Source: an uncultured Erysipelotrichaceae bacterium
GTDB taxonomy: Bacteria > Bacillota_I > Bacilli_A > Erysipelotrichales > Erysipelotrichaceae
NCBI GenBank assembly: GCA_942493105.1
Contig: OW818668.1
Span: 1,050,001 to 1,082,000, forward strand
Length of the DNA: 32,000 bases
Reading direction: 5' to 3'
The notes under the pieces are model-generated. The model saw only the letters and a program-made list of their open reading frames with translations, was not told the origin of the DNA and searched no databases. Position 1 is the first letter of the stretch. Each line of letters starts with the position of its first letter. Of this stretch, positions 9,146-17,522 are shown piece by piece. The translations under genes were made by a program, and so were the position numbers.

Positions 9146-9231
9146 GTTTGTCTTGCAGTTTTTAGGTTTTTGTTTTAGGTTGGTAGTAGGTCATTTCCTA
9201 AAGGACAGATCATGAGATCTGCACAATAAAT

Positions 9232-10140
9232 ATGTTCACACAAAATCAAGCGCTAAAAGAGTTATGGATCCAGATTGCCAAATATGATCAGGACTATTAT
9301 GACAGTGCCATCAAGCCTGAAGGCGTCATGATCAGTGACGATATTTATTATGCCAATACAAGTGATCCAATGCAGGCTTTAGAAATCATCAGACCTCTGG
9401 GTTCAAACAAAGCTTCACCTGTGATCGTTCATATTCATGGGGGTGGTTGGATCTATGGACATAAGGATTCGTATTATAAATATTACTGTATGGAGCTCTC
9501 AAAGCGTGGTTATACGGTTTTAAACATCAATTACAGATTGGCTTTTGATCATCCTTTTCCAGCTTGTATTCATGATATATTTGCTGTGTTTAAGTGGATG
9601 AGCTTAAATGCTGAAAAAGAAAAACTAGATTTAAATCATGTTTATTTGGTAGGGGATTCTGCCGGAGCTCATCTATCGGCCCTATGCGCCCAAATCCATC
9701 ATTCTACACAACTTCAAAAGCAATATCGAGTCAAAGCATCACCCATCAAGATCATTGCTCTGGGACTCAGCTGTGGGCTCTATGACATACAAAGACACAT
9801 GAAACATGTGAATGATCCTATGGATCTGATGATGTTTAGAACCGTATTTAATCGCAGAGACATACAGAAACATCCTTTATTTGAACTCAGTTCTGTCTCT
9901 AAAAACTTAAACAAAGATTTCCCGCCTGCTTATGTTTTAAGCAGTGTTCATGATACAGATCTTTATCCTGAAACACTGGCTTTGGTTCATGAATTAAAGT
10001 CATTGAATCTCTGCTATAAATCAAGGATCATGCCGAAGAAACTTAAACTGGGTCATGTTTTCAACATAAAGCTGATTCATAAAGAAAGCATTGAAGTCAT
10101 GGATGAGATGCATGCCTTTTTTCAGTCGTTTACGGCTTGA
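9232..10140 (+). CDS. Alpha/beta hydrolase (esterase/lipase, Abhydrolase_3-like)
   Basis: Oxyanion block HIHGGGW and nucleophile elbow GDSAGA. Confidence 0.8.
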   Translation: MFTQNQALKELWIQIAKYDQDYYDSAIKPEGVMISDDIYYANTSDPMQALEIIRPLGSNKASPVIVHIHGGGWIYGHKDSYYKYYCMELSKRGYTVLNINYRLAFDHPFPACIHDIFAVFKWMSLNAEKEKLDLNHVYLVGDSAGAHLSALCAQIHHSTQLQKQYRVKASPIKIIALGLSCGLYDIQRHMKHVNDPMDLMMFRTVFNRRDIQKHPLFELSSVSKNLNKDFPPAYVLSSVHDTDLYPETLALVHELKSLNLCYKSRIMPKKLKLGHVFNIKLIHKESIEVMDEMHAFFQSFTA

Positions 10141-10195
10141 ATTTTAACAAGGCACATGATAAACTGATAACGCACGCTTCAATTACGCACGACGT

Positions 10196-10271
10196 GGACG
10201 CTTAGCTCAGCTGGGAGAGCACTTGCTTGACGTGCAAGGGGTCGGGGGTTCGAGCCCCTCAGCGTCCACCA
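10196..10271 (+). tRNA. tRNA-Val (anticodon GAC)
   Basis: Manual cloverleaf: acceptor GGACGCT/AGCGTCC, anticodon stem CTTGC/GCAAG, loop TTGACGT, T-loop TTCGAGC, encoded CCA. Confidence 0.9.
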
Positions 10272-10284
10272 TTTTTTATTAAAA

Positions 10285-10360
10285 GCGCCCGTGGCGCAAT
10301 GGATAGCGTATTTGATTCCGATTCAAAGGGTTGCAGGTTCGAGTCCTGTCGGGCGCGCCA
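10285..10360 (+). tRNA. tRNA-Arg (anticodon CCG)
   Basis: Acceptor GCGCCCG/CGGGCGC, anticodon stem TTTGA/TCAAA, loop TTCCGAT, encoded CCA. Confidence 0.9.
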
Positions 10361-10364
10361 TATT

Positions 10365-10441
10365 CGGGACGTAGCACAGCTTGGTAGTGCACTTGCTTCG
10401 GGAGCAAGGGGTCGCGTGTTCAAATCACGTCGTCCCGACCA
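10365..10441 (+). tRNA. tRNA-Pro (anticodon CGG)
   Basis: Acceptor CGGGACG/CGTCCCG, anticodon loop TTCGGGA, T-loop TTCAAAT, encoded CCA. Confidence 0.9.
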
Positions 10442-10457
10442 TGTTTTATAACACCCC

Positions 10458-10533
10458 GGGGATTTAGCTCAGATGGAAGAGCACAACGCTGGCAGCGTTG
10501 GGGTCGTGGGTTCGAGTCCCATAATCTCCACCA
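10458..10533 (+). tRNA. tRNA-Ala (anticodon GGC)
   Basis: Acceptor GGGGATT/AATCTCC with the G3:U70 Ala identity pair, anticodon stem CAACG/CGTTG, loop CTGGCAG, encoded CCA. Confidence 0.9.
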
Positions 10534-10546
10534 AACGAGAAACAAC

Positions 10547-10566
10547 ACCGCTAATGGCGGTTTTTG
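10547..10566 (+). terminator. Terminator of the tRNA cluster
   Basis: Stem accgc / gcggt followed by tttttgttt. Confidence 0.65.
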
Positions 10567-10653
10567 TTTGCTTTATAGACATTATCTGTAAATGTAATAA
10601 TTTTCACATAATTTACACTTTACTTTCTGAAAACTTACATTTATAATATGCGC

Positions 10654-10733
10654 ATAACAAGCTAGCAACATTTCATTAGTTCCCCCTAAAATGGTCTTGT
10701 TAAAAAAACCGCACTTCTTCAGGTGCGGTTTTA
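10654..10733 (+). ncRNA. Candidate ~80-nt small RNA (orphan promoter plus terminator)
   Basis: TTTACT (10619-10624), 17-nt spacer, TATAAT (10642-10647). Strong hairpin accgcac/gtgcggt plus T-run at 10708-10732. No ORF between them. Contains a UCCCCC stretch at 10680-10686. Confidence 0.25.
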
Positions 10734-10773
10734 TTATTAATGATATAATTTTTTCAAAAGAATGGAGTTCTTT

Positions 10774-11553
10774 ATGAAAGTTCTCAAGTTCATTTCAAAG
10801 AATAGTACACAGATCATTTTGGTGCTTTTTGCCTGTGTTGTGATTGGTGTTTATCTAGTTACTCAAAGTCAGAAACTTAAAATGGATCAATTGACTCTGA
10901 TCAGTACAGATGAATTCGATCAAAGCTCATTAAGTGAAGCATGGCAATTGATGAATGATGGGACATTCCTTTATACTGGGTTTTATTCAGATGATCAAGC
11001 CAGCATAATTGATGGCCAACTTAAAATCAAACTGAGCCGTGAAACAGGCATCAAAGGCGATCAAGTGTACAGCACCACGATTCGCACTGCGATGACTTAT
11101 ACCAGCGGTTACTTTGAAGTCAAAGCCATTCTGCCTAAAATCAATGAATACAATGCGATCATTGCCTTGACCAATGATGATGCTTTGGAGAATACAGATC
11201 CTTCCAAAGGTGCTAAAGTTGTCTTTGCCTCTTCCAACAATCAGCCTTATCCGCTTCTTGCGACAGGTATTTATTATGATAACTTAGGAGAACCAACAGA
11301 AACCAACAATGCCTTTGTGTTGAGTTTGATTTATAATGAACCGCATCGCTATGGATTACTGTGGACACCAACCAGTTATGCTTTCTATTTTGATGGTTAT
11401 AAGCTTTGGGAAAGCACCAAGACAGATGTTTCAAATGAACCGATGTATTTGACCCTAGGATTTGATTTCCCGTTCTATACGACCCAGGAATTCGCAGAGC
11501 TCAATGAAACGCTTATCGTAGAATACGTTAAGATCTACTCGATCAATCCATAG
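10774..11553 (+). CDS. Membrane-anchored GH16-fold (concanavalin-A-like lectin/glucanase) protein
   Basis: N-terminal TM helix. GH16-type blocks DEFDQSSLSEAW, DGQLKIKL, YTSGYFEVKAILPK and PHRYGLLWTPTSYAFYFDG. The canonical ExDxxE catalytic motif is not seen by eye. Start at 10774 (GGAG RBS). Confidence 0.7.
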   Translation: MKVLKFISKNSTQIILVLFACVVIGVYLVTQSQKLKMDQLTLISTDEFDQSSLSEAWQLMNDGTFLYTGFYSDDQASIIDGQLKIKLSRETGIKGDQVYSTTIRTAMTYTSGYFEVKAILPKINEYNAIIALTNDDALENTDPSKGAKVVFASSNNQPYPLLATGIYYDNLGEPTETNNAFVLSLIYNEPHRYGLLWTPTSYAFYFDGYKLWESTKTDVSNEPMYLTLGFDFPFYTTQEFAELNETLIVEYVKIYSINP

Positions 11554-11626
11554 CAGACATCCATTAAGGTATTCAGGCGTGATCATGATCACGAACCCTT
11601 GAAATAGATCCATAAGGAGGAACAAT

Positions 11627-12526
11627 ATGTTTCTAGTTGGCTTATCAGCATTGGTTTTTATTGTCGCGTTTATATTTTTAGGTTTTGTATTTGATCCTAA
11701 GACAAGATCAGCTCGTTTTAAATTGAATGGAAGACAAATACTGTCTTTTGGAGCTTTGCTGATCATCCCATTTGCGATGGTGGCGACGGTTCCAGTCAAT
11801 TCAGTAGGCATCGTCTTTAATCCATTTAATGGGGTCAGTGATGAAGTCTTGCAAGAAGGCATCCATGTCAAATCGCCTTTTGATGAAGTGTACATCATCT
11901 CGACTGAAGTTCAAACTAAGACCGTATCCAATGTATCCGGTCAAACCAAAGATGCCCAATGGATCAACATCACTATGGACATCAAGTATCGTGTCTCAGA
12001 AACCAATGCTTTTGAAGTATTCAAACGTTTCAAGACCTTAAGCAATGTCGACTCCACGCTTTTGTCACCATTGGTTCAAAGAGCCATTGAAAGTGTCACG
12101 ACCAAATACAACGTCATTGACATCTTGGGTGAAAAGCGCAATCAAGTCTACATTGAAATCGAGAATGAAGTTGAAAGCAGACTTGCGGAAAGCGGAATAG
12201 AATTCTTTAGTTTGGTTTTGATGGATACGGATGCTGGCGCAGCCATAGAAAGTGCCATCGAACGCGAAGCTGTTGCGAAGAAAGAAGTTGAAACAGCCAG
12301 ACAAGCTCAAGAAAAAGCACGTATTGAAGCGGAAACCAGAGTCATTGAATCTGAAGGCGCTGCCCGTATTAAATTGATTGAAGCACAAGCAGCAGCAGAT
12401 GCCAATGCATTGTTGTCTAAATCGATCACTCCAGAAATCCTAAAGAAGATGGAAATGGAAGCCAGAATCAAATGGGGTTGGATCGAAGTCAGCGGTGCAA
12501 ATGTCATTGTTGATACCACACCTTAA
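11627..12526 (+). CDS. SPFH/band-7 (prohibitin/HflC-like) membrane protein
   Basis: AAGGAGG RBS. N-terminal TM helix, SPFH core, and an Ala/Glu-rich coiled-coil C-terminus (EREAVAKKEVETARQAQEKARIEAE). Confidence 0.85.
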   Translation: MFLVGLSALVFIVAFIFLGFVFDPKTRSARFKLNGRQILSFGALLIIPFAMVATVPVNSVGIVFNPFNGVSDEVLQEGIHVKSPFDEVYIISTEVQTKTVSNVSGQTKDAQWINITMDIKYRVSETNAFEVFKRFKTLSNVDSTLLSPLVQRAIESVTTKYNVIDILGEKRNQVYIEIENEVESRLAESGIEFFSLVLMDTDAGAAIESAIEREAVAKKEVETARQAQEKARIEAETRVIESEGAARIKLIEAQAAADANALLSKSITPEILKKMEMEARIKWGWIEVSGANVIVDTTP

Positions 12527-12575
12527 ATAATCTTTGATATAATAGAATTCGCAACGGGGAGAAATCCCCGTTACT

Positions 12576-12651
12576 GCCGACATAGCTCAACTGGTAGAGC
12601 AACTGAATCGTAATCAGTAGGTTGCGGGTTCAAGTCCTGTTGTCGGCACCA
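12576..12651 (+). tRNA. tRNA-Thr (anticodon CGT); integration target of the island
   Basis: Acceptor GCCGACA/TGTCGGC, anticodon stem ACTGA/TCAGT, loop ATCGTAA, encoded CCA. TGaTATAAT extended -10 at 12535-12543 upstream. Confidence 0.9.
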
Positions 12652-12652
12652 T
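12635..12652 (+). repeat. att core copy 1 (tcctgttgtcggcaccat), the 3' end of tRNA-Thr
   Basis: The 18-bp string is identical to 26541-26558. Confidence 0.9.
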
Positions 12653-12660
12653 TATTCATT

Positions 12661-12687
12661 AAACCCTTATAGAATAAGGGTTTTTTA
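12661..12687. terminator. Terminator hairpin after tRNA-Thr (element-borne copy)
   Basis: aaaccctta-tagaa-taagggttt plus T-run. Homologous to the hairpin at 26567-26592, with compensatory stem changes. Confidence 0.75.
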
Positions 12688-13794
12688 TTAGGTCATCTTC
12701 CGAATCGTACCAGAATCGTACCGCTTTTCTTGAATTTCATTTAATTTATCCACTAAAAGTAATTGATTTTGCTTGAACCAGTGACCATAAGTGTTGTTAA
12801 CCATATCTCTGGAGTGGCCTAATCTTTTTGCGATATCAAAGTCACTTAGTCCCATATTTATTAGTAAGGAAACATGGGAATGCCTAAAATCATGAATTCT
12901 TACTTGTTTAACTCCGGCAAGTTTACAATATTTGTTTTTGTGTCTTTCCAGAGTTGTTGCTGCGATTGGAACATCATAACCAAAGAGAAACCTTTCTGAA
13001 GAGAAATCTGGATACTTTTGCATCTCGTTGATGTGTGTTCTTAAGAGTTCATAGATATGATCCGGGAGAATTACATCCCTGTAAGATGTATTTGTTTTGG
13101 GAGTAGTAATTTTATGGGATCTAATATCAAAGTTTTTCGTAACATGTAGTGTTTTTTCTTTGAGATCAATGTCTCCAACTGTAAGAGCCTGTAATTCACC
13201 TTTACGGATTCCGCACCAGTACAAGACATTGAATATCAGAAAATAGTGCGGATTATCAACCACATCGATAAATCGATTAAATTCATCAAGTGTAAAATAA
13301 AGCATCTCTTTCTTTTGCTCATTAGTCTTTACGTACTCAATGGTGAATGGTGATTTGGCAATTTTGTCGTAGTTCACACCCCAAGTAAGAACGCCCTTAA
13401 AAGTCGCTTGAATTTTTTTTAAGTAGTTGTTTGAATATCCGCTTGCTAGAAGTTTGTTTTGCCAACGTTTAATCATTTCTTTACTAATCTGTGATACTTT
13501 AGTTTTCCCAAAAACTGGTAAAATGTGCATCTTATGAACTTCTTGGTATGAGAGTAATGATCGATACTTGAATTTGGGTTTTCGATCTTCAATATAAAGT
13601 GAAAACAATTGCTCATAAGTGATTTTCTCATCAGCAATATATAAGCTCTCTAAAAACTTTCGTTCTGCTTCTTTGGCTTCTTTAAGTGTCTTCCACTTAT
13701 TGCTTTCGACCTTTTTCTGTCGATATTTCCCATCACCATCGGTATAACGAACTTTGAAATAAATAGTTCCATTAGAATTTCTTCCAACTGCCAT
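12688..13794 (-). CDS. int: Tyrosine site-specific integrase (phage integrase family)
   Basis: Catalytic blocks GIRKGELQAL (R), HDFRHSHVSLLI (HxxR) and LGHSRDMVNNTYGHW (H...Y). Start set at 13794 (AGGAAGGG RBS). Confidence 0.9.
   Translation of the reverse strand: MAVGRNSNGTIYFKVRYTDGDGKYRQKKVESNKWKTLKEAKEAERKFLESLYIADEKITYEQLFSLYIEDRKPKFKYRSLLSYQEVHKMHILPVFGKTKVSQISKEMIKRWQNKLLASGYSNNYLKKIQATFKGVLTWGVNYDKIAKSPFTIEYVKTNEQKKEMLYFTLDEFNRFIDVVDNPHYFLIFNVLYWCGIRKGELQALTVGDIDLKEKTLHVTKNFDIRSHKITTPKTNTSYRDVILPDHIYELLRTHINEMQKYPDFSSERFLFGYDVPIAATTLERHKNKYCKLAGVKQVRIHDFRHSHVSLLINMGLSDFDIAKRLGHSRDMVNNTYGHWFKQNQLLLVDKLNEIQEKRYDSGTIRKMT
12703..12722 (+). repeat. Tandem AATCGTACC 9-mers at 11-bp spacing (putative arm-type recombinase sites, left end)
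   Basis: AATCGTACC at 12703-12711 and 12714-12722. The 18-bp block tcgtaccagaatcgtacc recurs at 26408-26425. Confidence 0.5.
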
Positions 13795-13849
13795 TGTATC
13801 CCTTCCTTTCAAAGTTTTTCTTTTTGTGTTTCATTTGATTTTAGAAAGA

Positions 13850-14200
13850 TCAAACTGCCTTTTTTTTGTATTTCTCTACAATGTCTCTAAAACTGAAAGA
13901 CAACTCCTCATCTAGCATAATTAGATTCTCGTAGTTACTGATTTCTAAATTGAATTTCTTAAAATAACTACTCAAATGGTATTCGACAATCAACTCTCGG
14001 GAGAAATATAGATTTAGTTCATCAATCCCCAAGCTTTCTGCGATCTTAGTAAGGTACTTGCCTCTTGGTGTTCTTTTACCACTGATCCATAATGAAACTG
14101 TACTTTGAGAAACGCCAACTAAATTTGCCAATTCGCTAGTAGTAAGGCTTTTTCTTTTCATAAATTGATATAAGCGAGGACCAAAATCGTTTTCATTCAT
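13850..14200 (-). CDS. XRE-family HTH repressor (cI/Stl-like position)
   Basis: HTH block LTTSELANLVGVSQSTVSLWISGKRTP. Divergent from the replication module. GGGAGA RBS. Confidence 0.85.
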   Translation of the reverse strand: MNENDFGPRLYQFMKRKSLTTSELANLVGVSQSTVSLWISGKRTPRGKYLTKIAESLGIDELNLYFSRELIVEYHLSSYFKKFNLEISNYENLIMLDEELSFSFRDIVEKYKKKAV

Positions 14201-14279
14201 AACATTATCTCCCTACCTAAATTATACTAGTTTGTATGACAATATGCAATAATAATATACATATAATCATTAATTGTAC

Positions 14280-14313
14280 TTGTAAATTACATAATGTGAT
14301 GGTATTATGTAAT
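14280..14313 (+). promoter_or_regulatory. Rightward switch promoter (TTGTAA-17-TGgTATTAT) overlapped by a perfect 10-bp inverted repeat
   Basis: ATTACATAAT (14286-14295), 8-nt spacer, ATTATGTAAT (14304-14313). The leftward promoter TTGCAT-17-TATAAT can be read on the minus strand at about 14228-14256. Confidence 0.6.
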
Positions 14314-14407
14314 AAAGGAGGCGATCATCGTTTGTGACTAAAGTTTGACTTAGAGAACATAATGGAGGCCGCACAAGTTAAATGTCACTCAGATCGTGAT
14401 ACTAACT

Positions 14408-14671
14408 ATGACACTAAGAGATTTATTGAAGAAGCCGTTTTGGTCACCTAAGGACTTGTCGTTGGCCACAGGAATATCACTTTGTACTGCGAGAGAGAGA
14501 CTATCTCAGATCAGGAAAGAACTTGAAGATCAAGGTTATATAAACCTAAACAACTCAAAGGCTCCAACAAAAATTATCATTGAAAGATTAAATATTGATC
14601 CTGACTGGTTGGAGAAAAGTGGTGCTTTAGATGAGATCCTCTCTGATTCAAAAGAATACGAGAGTTTATAA
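14408..14671 (+). CDS. Small HTH protein, DUF3173-like (possible Cro/excisionase-type factor)
   Basis: The pattern PKDLSLATGISLCTARERLSQIRKELEDQGY...PTKIIIERLNI resembles the small HTH proteins that accompany integrases in Firmicutes integrative elements. ATG at 14408 preferred over GTG at 14396. Confidence 0.45.
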   Translation: MTLRDLLKKPFWSPKDLSLATGISLCTARERLSQIRKELEDQGYINLNNSKAPTKIIIERLNIDPDWLEKSGALDEILSDSKEYESL

Positions 14672-14674
14672 GCT

Positions 14675-15463
14675 ATGGCAAATAAACGAATGTTTTCCTT
14701 GTCTGTATGTGCTACAGACTCTTTTCTTGAAATGCCATTTGAAGCTCAGTGTTTATACTTCCATTTGAATTTGTATGCTGATGATTACGGTCTTCTTGGA
14801 AACTGCAAGATGATCACAAAAATGGTTGGTATACCAGAGAAATACTTGAGTGTTCTTATAGAAAGTGGATTTTTAATAAGATTTGATAGTGGAGTTATCA
14901 TCATAGTTCATTGGCTTGTCCATAATACACTAAAGAATGATCGTATCAAAGAAACTATATATAAAAAGGAATACTCATTGATTTCAATAAACGAATCAAA
15001 AATATACGAACTAACTAACGCTACTTTAATCCATGAAAGTCACGTTTCTACTTCAGATACAGTTAATTCTGTCCGGATCCAAAATGGATCCAAAATGGAA
15101 ACAGAGATTAGTAAAGATTATAACAAAGGAGATGATTATAGATTAGATAAAGACGTTGCTTTAAAATGTAACGCATCATGTAACGTTACATTACTAGATA
15201 AAATAGACAACTCAGAAAAAGCAAGGAATAGTATTGGCAGAATAACTAAACATGGATTATATGCAAATGTGGAACTTACTAATGGTCAGTATCTCGAATT
15301 TATAGGCAAGGAATCTTTTGTTAATCGACTTTCTACCAAAATACTACATGGTTATAAGAGCAGTGATCATTATGGCGACTTAAATGAAATGAAAAGGGCA
15401 GAGAGAAAACTAAGAAGACTGTGTAGAAATAATCCTTTCAAAGGAATGAAGTTACAACAATGA
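14675..15463 (+). CDS. Phage replisome-organizer N-terminal-domain protein (DnaD-like replication initiator)
   Basis: N-terminus KRMFSLSVCATDSFLEMPFEAQCLYFHLNLYADDYGLLGN is typical of the Phage_rep_org_N family. Confidence 0.75.
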   Translation: MANKRMFSLSVCATDSFLEMPFEAQCLYFHLNLYADDYGLLGNCKMITKMVGIPEKYLSVLIESGFLIRFDSGVIIIVHWLVHNTLKNDRIKETIYKKEYSLISINESKIYELTNATLIHESHVSTSDTVNSVRIQNGSKMETEISKDYNKGDDYRLDKDVALKCNASCNVTLLDKIDNSEKARNSIGRITKHGLYANVELTNGQYLEFIGKESFVNRLSTKILHGYKSSDHYGDLNEMKRAERKLRRLCRNNPFKGMKLQQ

Positions 15464-15870
15464 AACTAGATATAATAGCAAGTAAAGGAAAGCCTAGAAC
15501 ATATTCTTCTGGTGATGAATTTCTCAAGGCAGTCGTTAAATATATCGATATCTGTGAAACCGTCTGGAAACAATATCCAAATATTGCAGGATTCTGCGCT
15601 TATGAAGGAATATGTAGAGACACTTTTTATATGCAAAAGGAATATTATCCCGACACTTATAAAAAAGCTCAAGATATTCTTGAGAACATTGCAATTAATA
15701 GCAGGAATGCTTCTGACACGATGAAGATATTTTATTTAAAGAATAAATTTCAATATAGGAATATTATTTATGATCATATTGAAACTGAGAAACCTGAAGA
15801 ATATGATTTTAGTGAATTAACTGATGAGGAACTTTATACTTTGACTTCACTGTTCGATAAAGTTAAATAA
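15460..15870 (+). CDS. Terminase small-subunit-like (gp3-type DNA-packaging) protein
   Basis: GKPRTYSSGDEFLKAVVKYIDICE...PNIAGFCAYEGICRDTFY...YKKAQDILE matches the N-terminal HTH pattern of Firmicutes phage TerS proteins. ATGA overlap with the upstream gene. Confidence 0.6.
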   Translation: MKLDIIASKGKPRTYSSGDEFLKAVVKYIDICETVWKQYPNIAGFCAYEGICRDTFYMQKEYYPDTYKKAQDILENIAINSRNASDTMKIFYLKNKFQYRNIIYDHIETEKPEEYDFSELTDEELYTLTSLFDKVK

Positions 15871-16014
15871 TTGAATGAAAAATGAACACTTAATTTTATC
15901 CGACTTCTAGTACCTAGCAACTCTCCGAAAATTTCAAGTAATTTCCTATTCCGGAAATCAGCGAAAAGACATTTTATTTGAAAATGACGTTTAGATTAGT
16001 CATCAACTAGAGAT

Positions 16015-16051
16015 CTCCAATCATGTTGAAAACATTTAGTGGAGTTTTTTT
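16015..16051 (+). terminator. Rho-independent terminator separating the backbone from the cargo operon
   Basis: Outer stem CTCCA/TGGAG, inner stem ATGTT/AACAT, followed by TTTTTTT. Confidence 0.7.
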
Positions 16052-16097
16052 AGCAAATTTGTATTAATTTTAGGAGTTTGTGTCCTAAAAACTGTAC

Positions 16098-16131
16098 TTA
16101 CATAAATATGTAAAATTCATCGTGTTATAAT
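16098..16131 (+). promoter_or_regulatory. Cargo-operon promoter (extended -10 TGtTATAAT) with upstream palindrome TTACAT-AAAT-ATGTAA
   Basis: TG at 16123-16124, TATAAT at 16126-16131, palindrome at 16098-16113. GAGGGGG RBS before the ATG at 16155. Confidence 0.55.
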
Positions 16132-16154
16132 TTAGAAAAACATGAGGGGGAAAA

Positions 16155-17522
16155 ATGACAATAAAAACAGATAATTATCGGATTATTATTAGCGATTTCG
16201 CCAAGCTTATAAGTGAAAGGAAATCAAAAGACTCTGCGCCAAAAACAGGAGTTATTAATTTCCGAGACGATCTTAAGAATGCAAAGGAACGTCCAATTTA
16301 TGAAGTTCCTCTCGAGTTACTTAGATATCGAAAAGATAATGGTCGAATAGCGAGTGACGTTTTAAGTTATGAAAGAACAGCTATGCATGATTTGGATGAG
16401 AGATTGCAGGAAACGCAAGATTTGCTTTTCAAGTGGTTGAAAGCAAAAGATGAGAAAAACACTGAAATCTTAATGAAAGACATTATAAAGAATGGTCAAA
16501 CTGAACCGTCAATAATTACATGCGATGGATTCCTAATAAACGGCAATCGAAGAAAAATGGTTCTTCAACTTTTAAACGAAAAGGACCCGACAAAATACAA
16601 GACAATGAAGGTCATCATTTTACCTAATGTAGGTGAAGATGGTGGCCAACCAACTATTAAAGAAATTGAATTGCTCGAGAATCGCTATCAATTAATGAAG
16701 TCGGGTAAATCAGAATATGAAGGACTTGATAGAGCGCTATCTATTCGGAGGAAAATTGAAATCGGAATTTCTTTAGAGGAACAGTTACTTGATGATCCAC
16801 AATATGCAGAATATAATGCAGGAGACAAGAAATTCAAAGAGATTGTAAACTCATATAGAAAGGAATTTCTGTGGCCATTAGAAAAGGTCGATGAATACCT
16901 CGAAGTCCTAAATAGATCAGGTCATTATGCTTCTGTTGAAGGTAAATGGCAATCATTTATTGATTATAGTAACTTCTTTCATGGTCAGCTGCAGGATCAA
17001 GTATATTTGGCAAAGAATGAAATCTCAGATAATGATATTGGGAAAATCCAGGATGCTTGCTTTAAAATAATCCGTAAAGGCAGCATTAATGGAATAAAAC
17101 ACAAGAACCACGAGATTATTCGAGAAATGAAAAAATTCTTAGCTGCCCCTGAAGCTAAGCAACATATCCTTAATATTGCAACAACAGTAAAGGACCTAAA
17201 ACCAGAAGAAGTTGAGGGAAAAGACATCCACGATGTTGACAAATTATGGGGTCAACATCCTGAACACAGCCAGAAACTTTCGTATAGTTTAAGCAACGCC
17301 TATGCTCACCTTGATGAACACAAAGCTGCTGAAACGCCTTTATCACTTCTTAAAGATTCATACAAGAGATTAACAAGTGAAAAGATGATTTTAGATAGTA
17401 TGAAGCCAGATGATCTTAAGGAATTTAGGAAGATTGTTGAGGATCTTGAGTTAGTGGCATATGATCTCAAAAATAAATCACTTGCATTAATTAATCGGAA
17501 AGATAAGGCGCATAAAAAGTAA
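16155..17522 (+). CDS. ParB/Srx N-terminal-domain protein with a long helical C-terminal region (cargo gene 1)
   Basis: IYEVPLELLRYRKDNGR and GQTEPSIITCDGFLINGNRRKMVL read as ParB box I and box II (GxRR arginine patch). I recognise no other domain. Confidence 0.6.
   Translation: MTIKTDNYRIIISDFAKLISERKSKDSAPKTGVINFRDDLKNAKERPIYEVPLELLRYRKDNGRIASDVLSYERTAMHDLDERLQETQDLLFKWLKAKDEKNTEILMKDIIKNGQTEPSIITCDGFLINGNRRKMVLQLLNEKDPTKYKTMKVIILPNVGEDGGQPTIKEIELLENRYQLMKSGKSEYEGLDRALSIRRKIEIGISLEEQLLDDPQYAEYNAGDKKFKEIVNSYRKEFLWPLEKVDEYLEVLNRSGHYASVEGKWQSFIDYSNFFHGQLQDQVYLAKNEISDNDIGKIQDACFKIIRKGSINGIKHKNHEIIREMKKFLAAPEAKQHILNIATTVKDLKPEEVEGKDIHDVDKLWGQHPEHSQKLSYSLSNAYAHLDEHKAAETPLSLLKDSYKRLTSEKMILDSMKPDDLKEFRKIVEDLELVAYDLKNKSLALINRKDKAHKK

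Noticed and set aside
10227-10451. 74-aa ORF in the supplied track
   Set aside because: It lies entirely across three well-folded tRNA genes (Val, Arg, Pro) and is an artefact of tRNA sequence being open in one frame.
11578-11593. Perfect 16-bp palindrome CGTGATCATGATCACG between the GH16-fold and SPFH genes
   Set aside because: It is a single occurrence with no T-run (so not a terminator) and no second copy or adjacent regulator. It is noted but not interpretable from sequence alone.
12553-12572. GAAA-tetraloop hairpin aacgggga-gaaa-tccccgtt just upstream of tRNA-Thr
   Set aside because: It could terminate the SPFH transcript, but it lacks a U-tract and lies downstream of the TGaTATAAT promoter. 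It is most simply part of the tRNA 5' leader, so it is not called as a separate feature.
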